In this document: positions 1-8,332 of the stretch, piece by piece
Position numbering within the stretch: position 1 is the first letter of the stretch
How the letters are laid out: each line of letters opens with the position of its first letter
DNA from: an uncultured Bacteroidota bacterium
Lineage (GTDB): Bacteria > Bacteroidota > Bacteroidia > Bacteroidales > 4484-276
NCBI GenBank assembly: GCA_903944895.1
Contig: CAJATL010000052.1
Span: 973 to 64,972 of the forward strand
DNA length: 64,000 bases
Reading direction: 5' to 3'
The notes under the pieces: generated by a model
Told to the model about the DNA's origin: nothing
The model's database searches: none
What the model saw: only the letters and a program-made list of their open reading frames with translations
Translations under genes and position numbers: made by a program

Positions 1-272
1 TCTGCCTTATTAAGGATTGTGCTGCAATTAGCGGCAAAGGCATCAATCCGGCTGTTCTTTCTTTTATAAAAAGAGGCCATGGCAATGTTGCCGAACCAAA
101 ACCGTCTGCCTGAAAGCGGACTTATTCTTTTGCAAGACCGGCTACAAAAGGGCCTGCAAAACAACCAATATTAAGGATTGAAAATGACCAGTCAGAGATT
201 ATCCCTGCGACCTTTGCAGTTTTATGCCGGTTCCATCAGCTTCAGATTTCATGCTTCCTGGCTGCAACAACA

Positions 273-671
273 TCATAATTTCCCGGAGTTATGATGTTGT
301 GGAAAAACTTCCTGTTCTGACTTTTTTGCATCTTTACGCTGTTTCACAAAGAAAGCAACTGTGAGAATTATTCCAAGACTATACGCCAAAAAAACATATT
401 TTAAGTACCATGGCGCATATTCAAGGGTGATGGTTCCACTCATTCCAGCCGTCTTTACAGTTATTAATCCATCACGGCCGAAAACTTCGGCATCACCCTG
501 TTTTACTTTCCAGCCTGCCAGGAAATTTGAGTTTATCTGGAAAGTCGATGGGTTTGATAAATCGCAGCAAACGACTATTTCACCGGGAATGTAACTCATC
601 ATTCCGACATTTCCTGAGCCATCCAAAACATATACTTCACCTTTATAGCCAGGGTCATCCGTGCATTTCAC
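273..671 (-). pseudogene. Probable C-terminal fragment of a membrane-anchored (YfhO-like tail) protein
   Basis: GTG-start ORF ending in a single TM helix plus basic tail (YVFLAYSLGIILTVAFFVKQRK); the GW...G...ITLEY.P pattern resembles YfhO C-termini; a stop lies just upstream and the gcvP remnant abuts it. Confidence 0.4.
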
Positions 672-698
672 CGATGTGTTAAAGTAGAATTAGAAAAT

Positions 699-950
699 AT
701 GTTACTGATTTCTGGAATTGTCAAAACTCAAGCAGCCGATAAAAACAATGTCATCAAAAATATGCTGCATACCTTGTGCCAGCTTACTGCCGAAGAATGG
801 GACAAACCTTACAGCCGCGCGAAGGCTGCCTTCCCGCAGCCATGCAGCAAAGCTGATAAATACTGGCCTCCCGTTACCAAAATTGACGATGCCTTCGGCG
901 ACAGGAACCTGGTTTGCACCTGCCAGAGCTGGCAGCCTGACGCTGTTTAA
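699..950 (+). pseudogene. gcvP: Remnant of the 3' end of glycine dehydrogenase (P protein), copy 1
   Basis: NVIKN..HT....WDKPYSR.KAAFP....DKYWPPVTKIDDAFGDRNLVCTC matches the GcvP C-terminus; only ~75 aa of a ~950-aa protein. Confidence 0.85.
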
Positions 951-971
951 AGAATTATATAATCTGAAAAG

Positions 972-1005
972 AAGGCCTCATGAAAAGTAATCATGGGGCT
1001 TTTTT
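972..1005 (+). terminator. Intrinsic terminator after gcvP remnant 1
   Basis: aggcctcatga-aaagtaa-tcatggggct followed by a T run. Confidence 0.7.
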
Positions 1006-1090
1006 CATTTAGTGGGAATTTTCAGGAGAAATGACTAATTTCAGGTTGGAAGCTTACTGATATCTTGCATAATCAACAAATTCCCCAAAA

Positions 1091-1143
1091 CCATTCAGTG
1101 ATAAAAAACCATCCTTGGGTGAAAGAATCGTGCCATTGGGTGA
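1091..1143 (+). promoter_or_regulatory. Three phased direct repeats, likely LytTR binding sites
   Basis: ccattcagtga / ccttgggtga / ccattgggtga with GTGA at 1098, 1119 and 1140 (21-bp period), upstream of an operon encoding a LytTR regulator. Confidence 0.6.
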
Positions 1144-1203
1144 ATACATTTTTTGAAGATTAACTTGAGAGGTTCTTTTGTTTTCAAATTAAACTATCAA
1201 AGA

Positions 1204-3561
1204 ATGAATAAATTTTTTTTGCTTTTCCTGCTTTTCATAGCCCAAATCACTTTTGCCCAAAACAACAGGCAAAATATCAGAGGTGTTGTTACTGATAAGC
1301 TTTCCCAAACTACCCTTCCCGGCGCCACGGTTCAAATCTTCAATAAAAACATCATTAAAGGAACAGCAACCGATGAAAAAGGAAATTATGTGCTTTCTGA
1401 GGTTTCGCCCGACAGGTATGAAATAAAAGTTTCATTTATCGGCTACAAAGATGTGCTTGTTCCCAACGTGGTAGTCACTTCCGGAAAAGAAACAATTCTG
1501 GATATCGGAATGGAAGAAGATTTTAAACTGCTGAATGAAGTAGTGATAACTGCCAACAGCAAAGCCGGAACCATCAATAATTTAGCTCCGGTAAGCGCAC
1601 GCACCTTTTCGATGGAAGAAGTCAACCGTTATGCAGGAGGGCGAAGCGACCCGGCACGCCTTGCTGCAAATTTCGCAGGAGTAAGTGCTCCCGACGATTC
1701 CAGGAATGATATCGTAATCCGTGGTAATTCGCCAGTTGGCGTATTGTGGCGTATTGATGGAATGAATGTTACAAACCCTAACCATTTTGCAACTGTGGGA
1801 ACTACCGGCGGTGCAGTAAGCGCATTAAACACCAATTTGCTGAAAAGTTCCGATTTTCTCACTTCGGCTTTCCCTGCCGAATATGGCAATGCTACAGCCG
1901 GAGTTTTCGACCTGGGTTTCAGGAACGGGAATACGCAAAAACGGGAAACCACCTTGCAGGCAGGCCTGATTACCGGTCTGGAAGCTACTACCGAAGGGCC
2001 AATCAGTAAGACAAATGGTTCATCTTATCTTGTAGGTTACCGTTATGCACTGGCTGGTGTTGCCCAGGCTGCAGGTATTGATATCGGCACCACAGCTTTA
2101 CCTTCGTACCAGGATTTGTCGTTTAATGTGAACAGCGGCAATACAAAAGCAGGCGGGTTTACTTTGTTTGGCATTCTGGCAACAAGCAGCATCAATATCG
2201 AAGGGGGAAACTCAGGTTCCTTGTATGGAGGTGAAGGAGGTGGACATGATTTGAGCAGTCAGATTGGCATTATCGGGTTGAAGCATTTCAAACAGATTAA
2301 CAGAAAATCTTATTTTAGCTCTAATATAGGATTAAACTATTCAAATTCAGGGCAAACGGATTATGACGTTGACCGGATGAGCGATTCTGCGTACACAAAA
2401 TCAGAAACTAAGGTTACCAAAACAGGCTATAATTTTGCTACAAGTTATAATTCAAAAATAAGTTCAAGACTGTTTATAAAAGTGGGTATTCAGGATGAAC
2501 TGATTGGGTTGAACCTTTATTACCAGACAAAAGATCAAATCCAGTCGGATTGGAAGCAGATTTGGGATTATGATAGTTACACCAACCTGGCACAGGCTTA
2601 CGCTCATGCCAAATATAGTTTTAACGAGAAACTTACCCTCAATGCAGGTGTACATTCCCAACTGTTTTTCCTGAATAATTCTCTATCTGTTGAACCTCGG
2701 TTGGGGCTGAAATATGAAATTGATAACAAAAGCAGCCTTTCGCTGGGCTATGGGCTTCATTCGCAAATGCAACCCATAAATGTTTACTTTTTACAAACAC
2801 AGCTTGCTGATGGTTCTTACGTTTATAACAATGAAAACCTTGATTTTACTAAAAGTCATCATTTCGTTTTAGGGTACGATTTACAACCTTTTGAAAATTG
2901 GCGCTTAAAAGCCGAAGTTTATTACCAAAATCTTTACAATGTGCCGGTAAATACTTTTTTGAGCAGCTACTCCATGCTGAATACAGGTGCTGGTTTTATG
3001 ACCGATCTGGAAGACAGCCTGGTAAATAACGGAACCGGAAGAAATTATGGATTGGAACTGACAATCGAGAAATTTTTCAGCCATGGATATTATGGGTTGT
3101 TTACGTCGTCCATTTACAGTTCCAAATACATAGGAAGCGATGGAGTGGAACGGAACACGGCATTTAACGGGAAGTATGTTTTCAACATTCTGGGAGGAAA
3201 AGAATGGAACGTGGGAAGTGAAAAACGAAATAAAATCTCAGCCGATATTAAATGTACCAACGCCGGTGGAAGGGCTTACACACCCATTGATCTGGAAGCT
3301 TCCAACGCAACTGGCCACGAACAATTATCTTCGGACGCCTATTCGGCTTTTTATCCCAATTACTTTCGTTTAGATTTCAAGGTTGGATATACTTTAAACA
3401 GCCGGACGAAAAAACTTTCGCAGTCATTTTCCATTGACCTCCAAAACATCACGAACAACGATAACGTTTTCTCCGAAAGCTATGACGAGAAAAGCCAGTC
3501 AATAAGTACAACCTACCAGCTTGGGTTTTTCCCTAATTTTATTTATAAAATTCAGTTTTAG
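1204..3561 (+). CDS. TonB-dependent receptor with N-terminal CarboxypepD_reg-like domain (ORF track starts at 1153; ATG 1204 more likely)
   Basis: Signal peptide MNKFFLLFLLFIAQITFA|Q, plug motifs (NDIVIRGNSP, FPAEYGNA..GVFD), C-terminal Phe (YKIQF). Confidence 0.9.
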   Translation: MNKFFLLFLLFIAQITFAQNNRQNIRGVVTDKLSQTTLPGATVQIFNKNIIKGTATDEKGNYVLSEVSPDRYEIKVSFIGYKDVLVPNVVVTSGKETILDIGMEEDFKLLNEVVITANSKAGTINNLAPVSARTFSMEEVNRYAGGRSDPARLAANFAGVSAPDDSRNDIVIRGNSPVGVLWRIDGMNVTNPNHFATVGTTGGAVSALNTNLLKSSDFLTSAFPAEYGNATAGVFDLGFRNGNTQKRETTLQAGLITGLEATTEGPISKTNGSSYLVGYRYALAGVAQAAGIDIGTTALPSYQDLSFNVNSGNTKAGGFTLFGILATSSINIEGGNSGSLYGGEGGGHDLSSQIGIIGLKHFKQINRKSYFSSNIGLNYSNSGQTDYDVDRMSDSAYTKSETKVTKTGYNFATSYNSKISSRLFIKVGIQDELIGLNLYYQTKDQIQSDWKQIWDYDSYTNLAQAYAHAKYSFNEKLTLNAGVHSQLFFLNNSLSVEPRLGLKYEIDNKSSLSLGYGLHSQMQPINVYFLQTQLADGSYVYNNENLDFTKSHHFVLGYDLQPFENWRLKAEVYYQNLYNVPVNTFLSSYSMLNTGAGFMTDLEDSLVNNGTGRNYGLELTIEKFFSHGYYGLFTSSIYSSKYIGSDGVERNTAFNGKYVFNILGGKEWNVGSEKRNKISADIKCTNAGGRAYTPIDLEASNATGHEQLSSDAYSAFYPNYFRLDFKVGYTLNSRTKKLSQSFSIDLQNITNNDNVFSESYDEKSQSISTTYQLGFFPNFIYKIQF

Positions 3562-3586
3562 GTTGCTATGTTTATAATTTTGCCTT

Positions 3587-4657
3587 ATGAAATCACTTTC
3601 GTTAGATAATCGGAAAATAGAGGTTTTGCTTTACGTTGTGGTGTGGGCGCTGGTTTTTTCGGTGCCTTACTTTGGCGAACGCAGTTCCGGGCACATCAAC
3701 TGGCATGAAGTGACGAAAAACTGGATGCATATTCTTGGTTATCTCGCCATTTTTCTCATCAATGTTTATGTTTTTGTGCCGCGCCTGCTCTTAAAAAAGC
3801 GCTATTGGTCGTACTTTGCTTTGGTATCGCTTTTTATTTTCGTTGTGATTTTTCTCAATATTTTCAACGCGCCACCACAAGGCGATTCCGGTGGGGATTT
3901 TCCCTCAATCGAAAAAAGAGAAAAGGACAGGCCTTCATTTTCGGGAAAACCTCCTTTAATGGCTTTTGCTGATAATCTCATTATTTGCATTCTGATTATT
4001 GGCGCGGGTACAACCTTTAAACTGATGGCGAAATGGCTGAACGAGGAAAAATTGAGAAAAGATATCGAGAAGGAACATCTCAAAACCAACCTGGCATTGC
4101 TTCGGCATCAGGTAAGCCCGCATTTTTTTATGAATACGCTCAACAACATCCATTCGCTCATTGAGATAGATACCGAAAAGGCTCAGGATGCGATTGTCCG
4201 GCTTTCGACGCTGATGCGGTATTTGCTGTATGATGCAGCCCAAAACACCATTGAACTGAAGAAAGAAATCGAATTCATACGCAGTTTTATTTCGTTGATG
4301 CAACTCCGTCATTCGGATGAAGTTGTTGTTACCACGGTTATTCCCGATCAAATTCCGGACCTCAGAATCCCGCCGATGCTTTTTATTTCGTTGCTCGAAA
4401 ATGCCTTTAAACATGGTGTGAGCTATCCTTTGGAATCGTATATTCATTTTGAACTCCGGTTTGAGAAAACAGCGCTCCTCTGCATCATCAGAAACAGCAA
4501 ACATAAAATTGCAGCCGGCTACCAGGGCGAATATTCGGGCATAGGCCTCGATAACATTAAGGAAAGCCTGAAGTTATTGTATGAAAACGATTTTACGCTG
4601 GATATCCGTGATAAAGAAAATGAATTTGAAGTAAACCTAAAAATTCCGCTTGTATGA
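3587..4657 (+). CDS. LytS/YehU-type sensor histidine kinase
   Basis: N-terminal TM helices, LRHQVSPHFFMNTLNNI H-box, LLENAFKHG N-box, GIGLDN G-box. Confidence 0.92.
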   Translation: MKSLSLDNRKIEVLLYVVVWALVFSVPYFGERSSGHINWHEVTKNWMHILGYLAIFLINVYVFVPRLLLKKRYWSYFALVSLFIFVVIFLNIFNAPPQGDSGGDFPSIEKREKDRPSFSGKPPLMAFADNLIICILIIGAGTTFKLMAKWLNEEKLRKDIEKEHLKTNLALLRHQVSPHFFMNTLNNIHSLIEIDTEKAQDAIVRLSTLMRYLLYDAAQNTIELKKEIEFIRSFISLMQLRHSDEVVVTTVIPDQIPDLRIPPMLFISLLENAFKHGVSYPLESYIHFELRFEKTALLCIIRNSKHKIAAGYQGEYSGIGLDNIKESLKLLYENDFTLDIRDKENEFEVNLKIPLV

Positions 4658-5370
4658 TAAAATGTGTTGCCATTGATGATGAGCCGCTGGCGGTAAAAAA
4701 GATTGCAGGTTATATTGGCAAAATTCCTTTCCTGGAGCTGGTGGCTGAATGTCGGAGCGCTTCTGAGGCGATGAGTGTGCTCAGCGAAAACGATGTTCAA
4801 CTCCTGTTTATTGATATTAATATGCCTGATATTAGTGGGATGGATTTTGTAAAATCGTTGGCAAACAAGCCATACATCGTTTTTACAACCGCTTATAGCG
4901 AATATGCTGTGGAGGGTTTCCAGGTTGAAGCCGTTGATTATTTGTTAAAGCCCATCAGTTTCAGCAATTTCCTGAAGGCCGCAAACAAAGTTAAGAATCT
5001 TATTGATTTATCTTCAACTAGCCAAAAGGAAAGCCTCAGGGCAACAGCAAATCATTTGTTCGTAAAATCGGAATATAAACTTATCCGCATCGAACTCGAC
5101 GACATCAAATACATCGAGAGCCAGCACGAATACATCAAAATTCATTTGATTAACAGTAATCCGGTGATGACACAGGTCAGCCTGAAAAGCATCGGAGAAC
5201 AACTTCCATCCGACCGGTTTATGCAGGTTCATCGTTCGTTTATCGTCAATCTTGCCAGGGTTTCGGTTGTCGAACGCAACCGGATTGTATTCGACAACAA
5301 AATTTACATCCCGATCAGCGAGCAATACAAAGAAAAATTCCAGGAATATATTGATAAGAATTTTGTTTGA
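4654..5370 (+). CDS. LytTR-family response regulator
   Basis: REC domain (IDDEPLA, DINMP, DYLLKP) plus LytTR domain (FMQVHRSFIVN); 4-nt overlap with the kinase. Confidence 0.93.
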   Translation: MIKCVAIDDEPLAVKKIAGYIGKIPFLELVAECRSASEAMSVLSENDVQLLFIDINMPDISGMDFVKSLANKPYIVFTTAYSEYAVEGFQVEAVDYLLKPISFSNFLKAANKVKNLIDLSSTSQKESLRATANHLFVKSEYKLIRIELDDIKYIESQHEYIKIHLINSNPVMTQVSLKSIGEQLPSDRFMQVHRSFIVNLARVSVVERNRIVFDNKIYIPISEQYKEKFQEYIDKNFV

Positions 5371-5432
5371 AGTCATCCCAAGGTTATTCCTGCTTTTGAT
5401 GTTCATTAACGATTCGGAATTTTTCAGATAAC

Positions 5433-5511
5433 TAACAAAATTGATGATGCCTTTGGCGACAGAAACCTGGTTTGTATCAGCCAGAGTTGTCAGACCGAAA
5501 GCCTGGAATAA
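5433..5511 (+). pseudogene. gcvP: gcvP 3'-end remnant, copy 2
   Basis: aaaattgatgatgcctttggcgacagaaacctggtttgt encodes KIDDAFGDRNLVC, same as copy 1, then a different tail (ISQSCQTESLE*). Confidence 0.8.
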
Positions 5512-5520
5512 AAAGATTAA

Positions 5521-5561
5521 AAAAAAGAGGCTGTCTCAAAATCGGGACAGCCTCTTTTTTT
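5521..5561. terminator. Bidirectional intrinsic terminator
   Basis: aaaaaagaggctgtc...gacagcctctttttt between convergent genes. Confidence 0.85.
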
Positions 5562-5575
5562 AGAGTAATATTGCT

Positions 5576-7084
5576 TTAGTATATTTTGGAATCGTCGCGA
5601 AAGCCTGGTTCGTTTGAATACCAATTCGGATATAAAATACCAGAACTTTCAGCCCACTCGATAAAATGCAGGTAGGCCTCGTTTACCAATGCTTTTTCGA
5701 TTGGGTAATCAAATCCTTGTAAAATGTTTATTCCCCAGGGCAAATTATTTGATGTTTTATAATATCTTCCTGCTCCCGGATTGGAATCATCGCTGCCGGT
5801 TCCAAAAAGAGCGTCATTAGCCAGGCTTGTTGGGGCTTTGTCGGCCAGGTGTATTTCTCTTCCACGCTCCTGATTTGATATTATATAAAAATTAAATGAA
5901 GAAGAAGGCAATTGGTTGATGGTCACCGTTCCTCCGGGTGCAGGGTTTCCATCACTGATAAAAACCAAATTCACATCGAGTGTATCATAAGGAACTGTTG
6001 GAGCTGATTTGTCAGTATTTATTCCGGTTCCTGACCCAGGATGAGGCATCACATTAAAAAAATTGTCGAAAACTATACAGTTTGCAAATTGCTGGTTCGA
6101 CTCAAGTCCGTTGGATTCAAAACCAAATATCGGGGAAACTCCAGTTGAATTACCTGAAGTACTGATTATTTTATCCGGTGTGATATCGTCAAGCTGGAAG
6201 GCGAAAGCATTCTGAAAACTTGCTCCTGAAGCCCTCAAAACAAACTTTCCTAATATCTCAACAACATTATTTTGCGCATTGGTTATGGTATTCAACCTGT
6301 AATTTACTACAATATCATTAAAATCATAATCCGCCTTGTTTGGCCAGTTATCTTCAAAAGCAAGTGTACCATACTGGCTTACACCAGGATAGTAATTGTT
6401 GTAAGCCCGGTAAGGATCATTTGGGTAATTATCTTCACTATCGGCAACACCATCATTATCGGCATCCTGAAAAAATGCCAGCGGAGTACAAGCCGGAGGT
6501 GATGCCCAGTAAGTTCCCGGAAAAATAAAATTATCTGAATATGCTCTTTGATTTCCACCGGTACCAATATAACTTACCCAGATTTTGTAGGGTGTTGTCG
6601 AATTTTGAATTTCGACAGGTATTGGTGCTGAAATATCCCTGATGGTTGTAACATTAAATGCCGGGAAATTGTAAGTGTAAAACTGAACTGCAGTACCTTC
6701 GCCATACGAAGCACCTGCATCATACGGAATGTAGGAAAGAATTATTCCTTTTGCAGAAACTCCATTTCCATTTCCATCGAGACGCGTTTGAAAAGTAATA
6801 TTTCCGTTTCCGACCAACAACCATGGTGTTTTTATCCAGCAAGCTGAAAGTGAAAGATTTGTTAACGAATTACTTCTGGTGGAATACGAACCTGTAATTA
6901 CTAACGATGGATATGAAGCAATACTGGCATAACCTGTTGCCCCAAAACCCCAGCAATTTCCTACTTCGATCTCTTTGATTCCTGATTCACAGTCGAGTGT
7001 AACCTGAGCCTTTATGTTTGTACCTGCCATCATTAAAAATGATATTACTAAAGGCAGGATAAGTGATTTTTTAAAATTTTTCAT
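5576..7084 (-). CDS. LruC/DUF4842-domain secreted protein
   Basis: Signal peptide; DADNDGVAD..DNYPNDP Ca-binding-like repeat; GTLAFEDNWP..ADYDFND.V, EIHL, LPWGI, AY.HF.EWAES.G motifs of LruC domains. Confidence 0.85.
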   Translation of the reverse strand: MKNFKKSLILPLVISFLMMAGTNIKAQVTLDCESGIKEIEVGNCWGFGATGYASIASYPSLVITGSYSTRSNSLTNLSLSACWIKTPWLLVGNGNITFQTRLDGNGNGVSAKGIILSYIPYDAGASYGEGTAVQFYTYNFPAFNVTTIRDISAPIPVEIQNSTTPYKIWVSYIGTGGNQRAYSDNFIFPGTYWASPPACTPLAFFQDADNDGVADSEDNYPNDPYRAYNNYYPGVSQYGTLAFEDNWPNKADYDFNDIVVNYRLNTITNAQNNVVEILGKFVLRASGASFQNAFAFQLDDITPDKIISTSGNSTGVSPIFGFESNGLESNQQFANCIVFDNFFNVMPHPGSGTGINTDKSAPTVPYDTLDVNLVFISDGNPAPGGTVTINQLPSSSFNFYIISNQERGREIHLADKAPTSLANDALFGTGSDDSNPGAGRYYKTSNNLPWGINILQGFDYPIEKALVNEAYLHFIEWAESSGILYPNWYSNEPGFRDDSKIY

Positions 7085-7110
7085 TTTTCCTGGTGGTTAT
7101 TGATGATAAA

Positions 7111-7503
7111 TTATTCCTGAATTTGTGGGATAAAAGAAAAAGTTACCTGATTATTAACTATCGCTACCTGGTATTCCGCGGTTCCATATTTGAGAAGAAG
7201 TTGCGTTTCAGTTTTTGGAATGATAACTTCGATTGTTGCATCAAGATCCATTGCATGAAAACGCTGATGCAAAACTGTACCATCTATTAAACTGATGGAT
7301 AGTGTAGATTTAATCGGAATGGTGGTTGGAAGACCTTGAATAGAAATAATTACGTTCTGGCCGGTACTCCAGTTAAAAGTTGAAGGCACCTGAATGTTCT
7401 CCAAATTATCATTATCAGGATAAACAGGGTCGGTGAGGTCCTTTTTACAAGATGCAAAAAAAATCATCAGCGATAAAAGGAAGAATAAATTATATTTTTT
7501 CAT
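7111..7503 (-). CDS. Small lipoprotein upstream of the LruC-domain gene
   Basis: Lipobox FFASC-KK; VPSTFNWST motif like the N-terminus of LruC-type lipoproteins. Confidence 0.75.
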   Translation of the reverse strand: MKKYNLFFLLSLMIFFASCKKDLTDPVYPDNDNLENIQVPSTFNWSTGQNVIISIQGLPTTIPIKSTLSISLIDGTVLHQRFHAMDLDATIEVIIPKTETQLLLKYGTAEYQVAIVNNQVTFSFIPQIQE

Positions 7504-7526
7504 ATTTTTAATTTTGTAGATATTTT

Positions 7527-7542
7527 ACGAAAATCATGCCAA
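7527..7542 (-). promoter_or_regulatory. Possible sigma-54 (-24/-12) promoter
   Basis: Minus strand TTGGCATGATTTTCGT ~25 nt before the ATG; -24 box good, -12 box imperfect. Confidence 0.35.
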
Positions 7543-7895
7543 GGAATTATTAGTGTCGTATTTCATTCAATATCAGATACCTAAGAAATGCTTACAGTTA
7601 CAGGTTCATGCATTATTGGGAAATAATGCTCCAGATTGGTAAATATTTCGAAAAATTGAATTCCATTTCGATGAGAAGATAAATCGACATGAAAATCGGA
7701 ACTTAAGTGTTAATGGACGTCTTTATTTTCTGAGCCGTAAAGAATACCCAGGTTTGCCTTATTGATATGAACTTCAAAGTGTTCAAGCCAAACCGAAGGA
7801 CCTTGTGTAAATGAATTTGGAATAAATAGTTGGATAAAAGTCAATAGAAGAAATTTCTTTCGAATGGTCTTGTAATAAATGACGATTCAACAAAT

Positions 7896-8084
7896 CTCGC
7901 CAAAGCTGCCTTCACGCAACTACAGCAAAGCTGATAAATACAGACATACCGTTACCAAAATTGACGATGCCTTTGGCAACAGGAATCCGGTTTGCACTTG
8001 TCAGAGCTGGCAGCCTGACGCTGTTTAAAGAATTGAACAATCTGAAATGAAGGCCTCATGAAAAGTATTCGTGGGGCCTTTTTT
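7896..8084 (+). pseudogene. gcvP: gcvP 3'-end remnant, copy 3, with the same 3' UTR and terminator as copy 1
   Basis: Near-identical to ~816-1005 (gctgccttc...gctgataaatac...gttaccaaaattgacgatgcc...cagagctggcagcctgacgctgtttaaagaatt...aaggcctcatgaaaagta); carries a 1-nt deletion and substitutions. Confidence 0.88.
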
Positions 8085-8209
8085 GTAGTTGGAATTTTGC
8101 GAAAACAAAAAAGAGCTTATTCTAAAAAGGTGTTTTTTGTTTTTATCAAACCGTAACTCATTGAATTGAAGCCGATGAGGTTTTTTGTTTCTGTTAGGTT
8201 TCTGACAAA

Positions 8210-8332
8210 TCCAATCTTCCATTATTCCAATCTTCCACCATTCCATTTTTCACCCGCCGAAGCGGGATTTCTGCTAACGCCTCAACATTCCCCCCGATAG
8301 CTATCTGGGTTCCAATCCTCCAATCTTCCACC
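8210..8332. repeat. 8-nt periodic TTCCAATC-like repeat with embedded palindromes
   Basis: ccaatcttccattattccaatcttccaccattcc; cccgccgaagcggg; cccgatagctatctggg. Confidence 0.7.

Noticed and set aside
1-252. Possible methyltransferase-like remnant on the minus strand (ILNIGCFAG)
   Set aside because: Interrupted by stops, cut by the window edge, and supported by one weak motif only
699-950. Functional stand-alone 83-aa gene
   Set aside because: It is only the GcvP C-terminus, with a degraded motif (KNMLHT versus the usual KNAPHT) and decayed sister copies
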